Shown in pieces: positions 1-12,439 of a DNA stretch of 64,000 nucleotides. Origin of the DNA: Octopus vulgaris (Eukaryota); assembly GCA_951406725.2 (NCBI GenBank), contig OX597815.1, positions 46,066,001 to 46,130,000 on the forward strand, given 5' to 3'. Made by a program: the position numbers and the translations under genes. A model generated the notes under the pieces. That model ran no database searches and was not told the DNA's origin. It saw nothing but the letters and a program-made list of their open reading frames with translations. Each line of letters begins with the position of its first letter. Position 1 is the first letter of the stretch.

Positions 1-163
1 TTACATCGACCCCCAGTGCGTAACTAGTACTTAATTTATCGACCCCGAAAGGATGAAAGGCAAAGTCGACCTCGGCGGAATTTGAACTCAGAACGTAACG
101 GCACTCGAAATACGGCTACGCATTTCGCCCGACGTGCTAAGGATTCTGCCACCTCGCCGCCTT
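1..163 (-). mobile_element. tRNA-headed SINE, family A (5' part, cut by the window edge)
   Basis: Reverse complement reads GGCGGCGAGGTGGCAGAA (A-box-like) ... GAGTTCAAATTCC (B box) ... GCCTTTCATCCTTTCGGGGTCGATAAATTAAGTAC. Matches the copies at 39453 and 58909. Confidence 0.85.
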
Positions 164-178
164 ATCAACGACAACAGT

Positions 179-619
179 AGAGGCGCAATGGCCCAGTGGT
201 TAGGGCAGCGGACTCGCGGTCGTAAGAACGCGGTTTCGATTCCCAGACCGGGCAATGCGAGTGTTTATTAAGCAAAAACACCTAAGCTCCACGAGGCTTT
301 GGTGGAGGCGGGGTGTGAACCCCGCTGTACTTATTCACCACAACTTTCTCTCATTCTTTCTTCCTACTTCTACCAGAAAGCAGAGGAACCATGGTGTAAT
401 CCACTATGGTGTGGTAAACTTTCGGACTCTAGTCTAGATTGCAAATCCTCTGTACCCCAGGATGGCTCAGCTCTCCATCCATTAAAAGCCACTATTTACG
501 GAATGAGGATAACAACGTAGCTTTCGCTCCCGTGCATCCGTCAATCTATCGCGTGTGGTGGATGAATCTTCAAGTTGCCACACGCATTCTTAATAGATGG
601 CTAATGGCGTGACCTTTTT
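179..619 (+). mobile_element. tRNA-headed SINE, family C, tail variant 1, ending in (GAA)n
   Basis: GAGGCGCAATGGCCCAGTGGTTAGGGCAGCGGACTCGCG...GGTTTCGATTCCCAGACCGGGC. The same head is at 37702, 39100 and 62108. Confidence 0.8.
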
Positions 620-712
620 GGAAGAAGAAGAAGAAGAAGAAGAAGAAGAAGAAGAAGAAGAAGAAGAAGAAGAAGAAGAAGAAGAAGAAGAAGACAACAA
701 CAACAACAATAA
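620..712. repeat. (GAA)n then (AAC)n microsatellite
   Basis: Directly visible. Confidence 0.95.
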
Positions 713-714
713 TG

Positions 715-1682
715 GTTTCAAATTTTGGCACAATGTGACCGACCCCAGTGCTCAAATGGTACTTATTTTTTTCGACCACGAAAGGATGAAAGGCAAAATC
801 AACCTTGGATCTTTTCCTTTCGAACGCCACTTTGTAACATAATTTCTAGGTAACTAAAAAGTTTTAAACTTCGTATACTGGTAGAATGTGTTTATAAAAC
901 ATCATTTTCTCTTGGCTTTATTGAGAAAATTCTATAGGTTGTAAGATATTTCGTCTTTAATTTCGAGCATTTCGGCAATTTTAACCAATCGCTGACCTCC
1001 ATTTAGGTAAATAACATTCTGTGCATAATGAATATGTCCCTCCTTTAAGAAACAGATTGGGTTTATTTACATTTGTGAAGAAAAAAAGATACCCTTACCC
1101 AACCCCTAACCCTAACCATAGTAACCCTAAATCTAAAATAGATTGAAATGCAATAGATCGATACTAGGGTCATAATTATGGGTGACATTTTCATTTGACA
1201 CCGCTAGAAAAAATCCCATTTTCCGTAGCGGTGTCGTATGAAATTGTCACCCATAATTATAACCCTAGCATCGATCTATTGCATTTCAATTTATTTTAGA
1301 TTTAGGGTTAGAGTTAGGGTTAGGGTTACATTCATAAATGTAAATAAACCTAATCTGTTTCTTAAAGGAGGGACATATTCATTATGCACAGAATGTTATT
1401 TACCTAAATGGAGGTCAGCGATTGGTTAAAATTGCCGAAATGCTCGAAATTTCAGACGAAATATCTTACAACATGTACAATTTTCTCAATAAAGCCAAGA
1501 AAAAAATGATGTTTTATAAACACATTCTACCAGTATACGAAGTTTAAAAGTGTTTAGTTAACTAGAAATTGTGTTGAAAAGTGCCGTTCAAGAGGAAAAG
1601 ATCCTTAACCTTGGTGGAATTTGAACTCAGAGTATAAAGACAAACGAAATGCGACTAAGGATTTTGTCCGGCGTGCTAACGT
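715..1682 (-). mobile_element. SINE family A copy split by the foldback insertion (715-806 and 1605-1682)
   Basis: AAAGGATGAAAGGCAAAATCAACCTT on the left resumes as GGTGGAATTTGAACTCAG on the right of the insert. Confidence 0.8.
807..1604. mobile_element. ~800-bp foldback / long-TIR non-autonomous DNA element
   Basis: Two ~400-bp arms are reverse complements (GGATCTTTTCC...GGAAAAGATCC), centre near 1216. Flanked by TCAACCTT (799-806) and TTAACCTT (1605-1612), an 8-bp TSD with one mismatch. Confidence 0.9.
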
Positions 1683-1790
1683 CTTTCATCTTTTCGAGGT
1701 CGAAAAATAAGTACCAGTTGAGCACTGGGCTCGATGTAATCGACGTACCCCCTCCCCGAACTTACTAGCCTTGAACCAAAACTTGAAAAC
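1683..1790 (+). mobile_element. SINE family A 3' fragment
   Basis: CTTTCATCTTTTCGAGGTCGAAAAATAAGTACCAGTTGAGCACTGG matches the family A body. Confidence 0.75.
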
Positions 1791-1798
1791 AACATTAC

Positions 1799-2064
1799 TA
1801 TTGGGTTGTCCGGAAAGTTCGTGCCGGTTTTTATAGGAAAGAAAAAGGTCAATAAATACTTGCCATTACATTTTTAATCAACCAAATATGAACCATTTTG
1901 TTGCACAAAGCGTCTCCGTCTTTCCTTTAACTTGAAAATACACTGTTCTCAGAATTGAGGTGGTTTCATGGCAAAGAATTCATCAAGGAATCTTTTTATG
2001 TCATCCAAGGAATTGAAACTTTTACCATTAAGACTATTCTGCAGAGACCTGAATAAGTGGAAAT
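1799..2064 (-). mobile_element. mariner transposon 3' fragment with TIR
   Basis: Minus strand translates FHLFRSLQNSLNGKSFNSLDDIKRFLDEFFAMKPPQF*...QQNGSYLVD*, a mariner C-terminus. TIR TATTGGGTTGTCCGGAAAGTTCGTGCCG. Confidence 0.85.
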
Positions 2065-3644
2065 TAGTTACAGATACATTCCGTTATTCCGCGGATTAAT
2101 TAAGAGTTAAAAATGATGGCATTTTCTCACAAGATTCCAAGAAAATAAACCATCAGATCAGAGAAAATGAAATAAGATACTTCTTCACAATTTTACGAGC
2201 TACACATTTCAAATAGTGTTTTTACTTTCTGTCCAACCTTCTTTAAGGCTACAGAATTTCATGTATTTCATGTAATTATTGAATCAACTATTAATTTCAT
2301 ATGCCATATTTGCATTTACAATAAATCATTTCTCTTTTAGATTGAAGCAACAGTATGAATATGTAAATATCAATCTGATGTAAGCCATCTTGCGTCTGGG
2401 AAAAGCGTCTTGGAAAAATAACTGTCTCTGGATTTCTTCAATGCGTCAACCTATTTCTAGCCGTGGAAGTATAGATTTTCAGAGTTATCCTCAGTTTAAA
2501 TCTAAACGTCACACCAGCAATAAAACTAACCGCTAATTCATAATCACCATATTTGAAATACATACGTCTCGTCTACTTCTGCTGTAGAGCCAGTTCCCGA
2601 GACGTGGGGGTGTTATACTATTGATTATGTGAAATATGACTGTGATTACAATCGTACAATCTGTGAGACACTATCTCTGTTATTCACTGAGATCAAAATA
2701 ATGTATCATGTTGCATAACACTGTGAAGAAATGGGCTGATGATTTTAGATCTGCAACTTAAATATGTCTCAAACAATATGATTTCAATACAGTTAACAGA
2801 AATATCAGTAAGAATAATAATTTTTCTCTCAAAATTAATCGTGTGCACGATTTCTGTATACTGCAGGTATTTAGTTCAGTGACTCTTCAAGTCTCCCTTT
2901 TCAGGTGGTAGGAGGACAGTTTTTTCTTCTCTCCCTGAATTACCTATGTACTTGCAACTCTTTCATTTCGCATTCATTATTCTATATGCAATACTTCGTA
3001 ATAAAATAAGTGTGAGAAGGGAGCAGGGGTGCAGATCATAAATCTGAAATGCAGAAGTTTAGTCACGATATTCGTCTGCCGAAAACACCTCCCAGCGCCT
3101 CCGTCGCCGCCGTCTCCATGTGGTAGACATTGGATTATGGTGCAGGACTGCTTGTCTCATACATTTCAAAATACTTCACCACCCTTACACGTGCGTATTT
3201 TAAAATTCCCTGGACATTAGGTTAAACTCACTGAATTAACTGTATCTGTGGCACGAGAAATCAGACTATATTACAAACATTCGGATATGTGTCTGTCCCA
3301 GATATTCACGTCAGAAATACATGCAATATACAGCAACAAACATTAACAGATAATAGACACACACCATCTTGCTCTTATTCTTATATGTAGCTATTTATGT
3401 ATCTATTTATCAGTAAATCTTTCATGCTTATCCTCCCTTCTCTCTTTTTTCTATTTTTGTCCTTTTATCTACACATATGAACACATATGTGCACACATGT
3501 ATACGTGAAAGTTAGTAGGAATACCCATGCGTGTGTACACATGTGTGTGACTATGGGTAGTTGCAATCCTGTACTGTATCGTCCTGTGTCATTCTTGATC
3601 TTTCAATTAACCCTTTGTGGTTAATAAAGAAAGCATTTCACACA

Positions 3645-3718
<74 letters not shown>

Positions 3719-4439
3719 CACACACACACACAACACACACATAACCAAACATATGCACACAAGCATACACAAACATACATTTATGTGTGTTTATAGTACG
3801 TAAAAGGGGTGAGTTAGTGGAATTCAGGCAATTACCTCTGTCAGCTCTCATGAGAACCTCCGGTTAACAGGATGTACAGAAGGGAAAATCGGTCCAGTAA
3901 ATTCAAACTATTTCGCAAAAACTGAAAATCCGGGTATTTTCTTCAATCTCAGCGTATAACAATAAAACAAATAAAAGAATGAAGATAACACATTTATTAC
4001 CTGGTTACGGTCGTCTCAATAACAAGTGAAATGTGATAAATTATTGGACATACTGGAACAAATATAAAAACTGATTTTCTAGCTTCATGCTATATTAAGT
4101 ATTACTCAACCTGCAATTTCATCAAGATCTTCAAATGATGCAATAGGCCTGTATGTGGATGGTCGCATCAATGCAATCAGTGGAACTTCTAATATGATAA
4201 CCTGAACATAATCAATCTTACATGTTCAAGGAAAGATCCAAAGTAAAGAGGTTGAACAGACAGAAGTATGTATTCTACAAGATAAAATCGATTGTGACGC
4301 AATAGCTTTTGGTAAGATAAAAGATTGACTATGTAGTAGTTTTGCCTCAGACAGGGGCATGCTATTCAGTTGCAAGTAGATGTGAGTGATTTTCTAGCAG
4401 AACCCTACTAGACAGTTCAGGACGAGTATTGGGTCGGTG

Positions 4440-5225
4440 TGAGTAGTAGCGACTCTCGGAAGAAAGGATGGCCTGTTGTAGAAGTTCAACAACGACATCT
4501 CAAACACAGAAGACCGTGAGCACGAACTGCGCAGTTTGCATGATCTTATTTGATGACCTCCTGATTGACTACCTCAGTTTGCAGCAGAACTGAAAAATTT
4601 CCCTCGCTTCCAGCAGGTGAGTAGCAGGGGTGTTAAGAAAGGACACCATGCCGATAAGGGAACACTGCTAATAAATTTCGACCCATAAATTTGCTGAACA
4701 CAAAGTTTAAGAGTTGGGTTATGGAATTAGGCAAAATTTTGGTGCATGTCATTGCTAGCCTGGCGTAGGAAGCGCGAGCGTAAGTGACCCCGAGCAGATA
4801 CATCCACGAAAACTCCATCTCATGCGATGCCTTATTGAGGGAGTTGGGAATAAACCTGGCCTGGATGTGAACTTTATTGATTGGGGTCAGAGAAAAGATT
4901 TCTATAAGGTCAACCATTGTTACCTGTAACTGTGTTCGAACGCATTTTCAGAGGCTAGATCACAGCAATGCACAGCCGCATCTGCTCAGAACTCAAAACA
5001 TACGTTTCGGAACCATTTCACATCACTAGCTCTTGCTTGTTCTGTATGTGCTAGATCTCTAGCAAATGATGCGGAAGCAAGAACAGTTAAGAGGCATCCC
5101 CTTAGAACTGGGATGCAGAAAATTGATGTCATTGTATGTAGTCGACGTCGCGTCATGCTGTAGGACACATCCGATGTGGAAGAAGTCGTCACTATCCCGA
5201 AAGAATAAAAGGCGGTAGCATAGAT
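4440..5225 (+). mobile_element. Heavily decayed Tx1/L1-clade LINE reverse transcriptase fragment
   Basis: Broken plus-strand frames give KFRPINLLNTKFK, PSRYIHEN, QRKDFYKVNH (cf. DQSKAFDRVDH), and LRGIPLELGCRKLMSLYVVDV (cf. SAYADDV), in the expected RT motif order. Confidence 0.7.
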
Positions 5226-6822
5226 TGTCGGTTATGTATTGTGCTGTTTGTTATTTTAGTGGGTGGCGATTCTATGAAGATCATTATTCTGCTATCCTCT
5301 GGGGTACGTTCAAACCACTTACTAGAGTCTACATTTTGGCGATAACAAATTTTGCGGTGTGAGTATACAGTTGTTCAGTGTCAGTTTGAACTAGACATCC
5401 CGCAAGTAGTGCACGCGCAGTTGTTTCGTCCAATTGTTCACACATGCAGTAGTTAGCATCTCCTGGCGTTTTATTATTGCGTTTGGTGTTGATACAATTG
5501 TCTTGTGTTGCATCTCTCAGCTCTTCTGTCTCTATTTGTTGAATGAGACTAATAAGTCATACCAATCCGATTCTTCTTATCAGCTCTCTAAAGATATTTC
5601 TTGTGGAGATTTTCGTGCTTGGTTTTACTAACACAATATTGTTTTTACTGAATTTATTCCTGCTATTTTTACTTTTATTTTTCCCTTCACTGAATTCATC
5701 ATCACTGATATTTATAAATTTCCATAATAATTTATCTCTCTATCAACTACAAATAACTTGTTTTTCTTTTGTTATCGGGCTTGTAAATTGCATTTACTAG
5801 CTTGTTTCAATGTTGCAGATAATAATCCATTTCAACAGTAGGTGTCTTGTAACCTATTGCTCTTTGCATAAGTCAGGTCAAAAGTATATAGTCTTCCGTT
5901 GTACATATGCAATGAAAACAAATAGAATAAAATCTGAAAACAAAATGATGTGTCAGTTAATAATAACCTAATTTGTGTCTCTATTTTCGCGAAAATTCTC
6001 TTGTGTTAACCCGAACCAAATCAATAATTCATCTCGAAAGAAAGACTGTGTAATTTTGTACTGGAGTATAATACTGATATCATTTTCTGTCTGCAGCAAA
6101 AAGGTTAGAAAGAATGTATGTCATGCTATCAGTTGATCTCACAAAACCCTTCCATATTGGCCGAAATTTTTATAGTTTTTCATGCCGGATGAAATGACGA
6201 ATGTGAGCCGATCACGCATAGTAGCTACTACCTAGGCTAAAAGCAAATTATCCGATATCTTTCTTACAAAAAAAGAGGCTCTTGCACCTGTTCTTATATT
6301 GCTCATACTTCTACTAGATGGTCCTTTTACGCTGGCAATTCTGTGGTCTTCCAATTCCAGTTTAGTGTTGATTTATTTAACTCACAGAGACTTTGAGCAA
6401 TGGTTGCATTGTCAAAATGCAAAATGTATAATGACTCTAGCAACTGTTGACTATCTGTTAACTATCCGCCAATACCCCATAAATGTGTATTGACGGCCTA
6501 TGCTGCAAATATTACTGATCTTTTCTTATCTCCAATCAGTGAAATCCAGCACATCCATCCTTTATAACGATCAGCCTGTATCTGTAGTTAAAACTCGTTT
6601 ATCTTTTGGTAGAGTCTCTGTCCAAACATATGCAGTAAAGCCACAGCATCGAAAAAGAAACAAAATTGGTTGTATACATAGGTGTTTTGTAGTCACCGTT
6701 ATTATACAGGACAGGATATTGAATTTCGTCAGAGTGACAACAATGTTTTTGGAGAGCTCTTACATGCTTTGCTTAAATATACGATTTTGAAGTATTTTAA
6801 AAATGTTATTAAATTATAAACC

Positions 6823-6975
6823 ATGGCTATGTGCTAAGAAGTTTGCTTCTCAACCACATAATTCTAGGTTCAGTCCCACTGCGTGGAACCTTGAGGAAGT
6901 TTCTTTTACTATAGCCTCAGATCTAACAAAGCCTTGTGAGTGGATTTGCTAGAGGGAAACCGATAGAATTCCGTT
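6823..6975 (+). mobile_element. SINE family B, decayed 5' half
   Basis: GGTTCAGTCCCACTGCGTGGAACCTTGAGGAAG...AAAGCCTTGTGAGTGGATTTG matches the copy at 46108. Confidence 0.75.
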
Positions 6976-7104
6976 GTGTGTGTGTGTGAGCGTGTGTGTG
7001 TCATGTATGTACGTATATATATATATATACACATACATATATATGTACACACACACGTATATATACATACGCATACACACACACGCGCACACATACACAC
7101 ACAC

Positions 7105-7440
7105 ATGTTCGTCTTTGTCCATCCTCTTAAATTACATTTTTTAACTTTCCTATGTCCACTACGTGTTGTTTTGCTTGCTCGAGACTCGACATTCTCTGCG
7201 GATTTCGCAAGCACCATCATTATGGGAAGTTCTCAGTCTTATCATTAATGGTGCGAATCTCAGTATTACCATTTTAGTTGATAACTAATGGAAATTTAGG
7301 GACCCTTTGTGTCTGTCTCCCGTCCGGTTGTACACTCAGTATATGTATATGTTTTTTTTTTATGTTGTTTATTTACAATGCATTTTTTCATTTATTAAGT
7401 AACAGTACACGACGCACATCCGACTTTTATTAACGGCAAG
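7105..7440 (+). repeat. Unclassified ~330-bp repeat ending at (TA)n, diverged copy of 11400-11718
   Basis: Colinear shared blocks: TTGTTTTG..TGCTCGAG, CAGTCTTATC, GATAACT, TTAGGG, TTTGTGTCTGTC, CATTTTTCATTTAT..AGTAAC. Confidence 0.65.
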
Positions 7441-7453
7441 TATATATATATAC

Positions 7454-7539
<86 letters not shown>

Positions 7540-7595
7540 ATGTGTGTGTGTGTGTGTGTAATATAATATGTGACAATTATTCGGTTGCCATAATA

Positions 7596-8384
7596 TTGAG
7601 TTGGCAACTAAGTTCCCGCGGTTTTTTAAATTTTGGAATCTATGTTTTGGGGAATTCTATTTTTGAATCATTTTGGAATCTATTTTGCTTTTTTTTTTCG
7701 AGTTAATTTTAGTTATTTTTTGTTTATTTTCAGATCATTAAAATGGAATATGAAGTTAAGAACAACGAGCATTTTCGACACCTCCTTTTTGCTTTTAATC
7801 AAGGTTCTAAGGTCGCAAAAGCTACTCGCGACATTTGTGCTGTGTATGGAGAGGGTGCCATAGCTGAAAGAACCGCTCGTGGTTGGTATGCCAAGTTCAA
7901 AAATGGAAATTTTGACCGCAAAGATGCACCTCGCTCTGGCCGTCCAGCTGAGTTCGATGAAGCGCGATTAATTCAACTTTTGCACGAAAATTCTCGTCAA
8001 ACGACACACTGCTATAGAGAAGCATCTTCACTCGATGGGAAAGGTTCAGAAGTATGGAGCATTGGTTCGCATGCTTTAAGAGACAACAACAAAAATCAAC
8101 GAGCCACAATCTCCGCTGGTTTGCTTCCTCATCACCGCTCAACTCATGGACACAAGCAATGATTTCTTTACCAAATCGTTACTGGCGACGAAAAATGGTG
8201 CCTGAACATCAATATGAAGCAGCGTAAGGAATAGCTTAGCCCCGGTAAACAAGCGACACCGCGCATGAAACAAGATCTTCATCCACGTAAAACGATGTTA
8301 TGCGTATGGTGGGACTGGGAAAGGATTATCCGTTACGAATTGCTTGAACGGAACCAAACGGTCAACGCGGAACTCTATGTTCAA
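7596..8384 (+). mobile_element. mariner transposon, 5' TIR plus decayed transposase, 3'-truncated
   Basis: TA then TTGAGTTGGCAACTAAGTTCCCGCGG. ORF from 7743 MEYEVKNNEHFRHLL...DAPRSGRP, later IVTGDEKW and LCVWWDW...NQTVNAELY, with frameshifts and stops. Confidence 0.92.
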
Positions 8385-8700
8385 ACAAAAGAGCTATTAG
8401 AATGACCGTTAAATAAGGGAAAAAACACTTATTTAACTGTCATTCTAATAGCTCTTTTGTCTTAATAAAGGTCAATTACATAGTAGTTTCCCTTTGTTTC
8501 ACGGTCATTTTCATAGCATATTTTAATTGTTTCGATAACTGAAGAGATGCCTGTGCAGGTTTCCGCCCCGACATCCGAAACTCGGAGTTTTATTATGGCA
8601 ACCTAATAATTGTTACATATTATATTATAAATAAATTCCTCTATTTACATAATATCGAGGTCTCTTTCATTCTTTTGTTGTCTTACCATTAGCATTACTA
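8385..8700 (+). mobile_element. Penelope-like pseudo-LTR remnant with hairpin and hammerhead motif
   Basis: 33-bp hairpin at 8385-8460, hammerhead core at 8535-8593, AATAAA, ends in (TA)n. An inverted partial copy lies at 7559-7595. Confidence 0.6.
8535..8593 (+). ncRNA. Type I hammerhead ribozyme-like motif
   Basis: ATAA-CTGAAGA-GATG...CATC-C-GAAA-C-TCGGA-GTT-TTAT. Stems I, II and III are present, with one extra C before GAAA. Confidence 0.65.
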
Positions 8701-9060
8701 TATATATATATATATATATATATACGAGAAAAACGGCCTCTGTCCAAATGGACGGTGCTGAGTTGTCAAACATTTAAACCAAATTTTCTTAAAACAACTT
8801 GTCCGACCATCCCATAGGCCTCCCCTTTGAGAAACACTGATTTAACCTAAATTTGAGACACCAGCAAAAGAAGAAATAAAGATTGGCTTTTTTCTATTCC
8901 AAAGGAAAACGATTTTATTCACACAAATATGCAGGTCGCTTCAACCGTGTTTCTGACGCGAATTTGCTACTCTGGTATCGGTTCAACGAATTTTCCATGC
9001 TGACGATAAACATAGGATAATTCATTCACCTATTGATATATATATATATATATATATATT

Positions 9061-9875
9061 ATAAAATGAGATAGGGGTTGAAAATTCAACCCACCATGGG
9101 ATAATATATATCCAATATACTGCTAGATAGGTACCCAACAAAATTAATACATAGATGTTAAAAATTGTCAAGCAATCAGTTCATCTATTGTATTAAATGG
9201 GTAAAGGTAATAATATTACCGTAAATTAATACTACAAAATTAGAGAATGGAGAAACATACTTAAATCAGTAAAACATCAACTATTCGATGATACTCAATC
9301 CATACTTTAATACACCATTACATATGAGTAAAGGCAATATATAAAATGAAATGAGATATACAGTAATAGTAAAAAGATAAAGAGATATAAGTAAAAAATT
9401 TCAAATATAATATGCAAATAAATCAAAACTGACAGCTGTTTCGGCAGTGAGGACAGTCATACCTCATTTAACCTATAAGCCATAAAGGCAGGTATAAATG
9501 AGGCATTAACAAGGATGCCCCACGGCCTCTTCAGAGAATTAAATTAAATTTGTTATAATAGTGAAAAATATTATATAATCATATACATATAAATATAAAA
9601 ATATAAAAATGTAAAATATAAAAACTTATACACCATAATGCTACACTTATATAATATAATACACATTTGTACAAAAAGGAAGGTAAACAGAACAAAATAA
9701 AACAAAATATATAACAGTGTATATATTAATATTAATAAGTACCGATATTATACATATTTGGCTAATAGTTTTTTTTATAAAAAAAAGGCTAACACATATG
9801 GAGATGAAAAATAATAATTAAATCCGTGGTACAGTTCATAAAATTCTAAAGCTATAAAAGTTAATAAAAATTACT

Positions 9876-9945
<70 letters not shown>

Positions 9946-9960
9946 TAATAAAAATAGATA
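9061..9960 (-). mobile_element. Probable Penelope-like element remnant (AT-rich pseudo-LTR)
   Basis: Abuts (TA)n and carries a hammerhead with a palindromic stem III. 9231-9349 recurs at 11924-12040. Boundaries are approximate. Confidence 0.45.
9425..9540 (-). ncRNA. Type I hammerhead ribozyme-like motif with very long stem II
   Basis: CT-CTGAAGA-GGCCGTGGGG...ATGCCTCATTTA..TAAATGAGGTAT...CCTCACTGCC-GAAA-C-AGCT-GTC-AG. Stem I is weak. Confidence 0.7.
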
Positions 9961-10000
9961 CAGTTAAGTTAGCACCAAGTCCATCCTTTCAAGATCGAAA

Positions 10001-10554
<554 letters not shown>

Positions 10555-10576
10555 TAAAGGATGTTGACTGGGACAA

Positions 10577-10645
<69 letters not shown>

Positions 10646-10766
10646 CATGATGAAAAAAAAAAACACAGCTGATGTACAAACAAATAATCGCATTCTCACA
10701 ATCGATTTTCGTAAAAAACACAACACCTACGTATAAAAAAAAAAAAAACACACACACAAAAGAAGA

Positions 10767-10870
<104 letters not shown>

Positions 10871-10927
10871 AATATATATATACATATATATGTACATATA
10901 TATACATATATATATATTTACATATAC

Positions 10928-10961
<34 letters not shown>

Positions 10962-10980
10962 TTCTATACATACATACATC

Positions 10981-11039
<59 letters not shown>

Positions 11040-11139
11040 TATATATATACATATATATATATACATTTACATATACTCATCTATATATATACATTTCTAT
11101 ACATACATACATACATACATACATACATACATACATACA

Positions 11140-11174
<35 letters not shown>

Positions 11175-11258
11175 GTATATATATATATAAACACATTACG
11201 AAAATATAAACAGGAGACTGACTGCTTATTAATCTCCCCAATTAATTTTTAATTTAAA

Positions 11259-11335
<77 letters not shown>

Positions 11336-11399
11336 TAATTCTTTTTTTTTTATATATGTCCATTGAGGATATCTTCCAGGCGTTACCAATCATATTCGT

Positions 11400-11718
11400 G
11401 TTTGCAGCCGAAAGGCTTTATTTATTGTCTTCGTCTATTGTTTCAATTTACATTTGTCTGCTTTCGTACGACCACCCTGTATTGTTTTGTTTGCTCGAGC
11501 CCTAATTCTACGGAAATCTTGCGAGTGCCGCCGATATACGAAGTGCCCAGTCTTATCGTTAAAAGCACGAAACTGGGTATTAGTAATTTTGGTCGATAAC
11601 TGAGGAAGGATTAGGGTCCTTTTGTGTCTGTCCTACGTGTACGTTTTGTAGTATGTCATGCATTTTTCATTTATGGAGTAACTGAACACCACGTATCCTG
11701 ACTTTTCTTAGCAGTAAG
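11400..11718 (+). repeat. Unclassified structured repeat, better-preserved copy
   Basis: Homologous to 7105-7440. Contains several long complementary pairs (see findings). Confidence 0.65.
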
Positions 11719-11720
11719 TT

Positions 11721-11790
<70 letters not shown>

Positions 11791-11875
11791 CACATATGTG
11801 TGTGTGTGAGAATGTGTGTGTGTGTGCATGCATGTATGCAATCATACGTATATATATATATGACATGAATACATA

Positions 11876-11925
<50 letters not shown>

Positions 11926-12038
11926 TACAAAATTAGAGAATGGAGAAACATATTTAAATCAATAAAACATCAACTATCCGATGATACTCAATCCATACTT
12001 TAATACACCATTACATAGGAGTAAAGGCAATATATAAA

Positions 12039-12238
<200 letters not shown>

Positions 12239-12250
12239 AAAATAAAAAAA

Positions 12251-12335
<85 letters not shown>

Positions 12336-12380
12336 AATAAAATAAAAATATAAAAAAATAAAAAAAATAAAAAAATAATA

Positions 12381-12439
<59 letters not shown>

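Noticed and set aside
1092-1328. True telomere or chromosome fusion site
   Set aside because: Only a few degenerate units, symmetrically embedded in a TSD-flanked element.
4125-4316. Possible exon ending at TTTG|GTAAGA
   Set aside because: Stops interrupt the frames I could read from the nearest plausible acceptor, and the peptide is unrecognisable.
8822-8842. TTTGAGAAACACTG, a hAT-like terminal motif
   Set aside because: No matching opposite terminus or TSD found.
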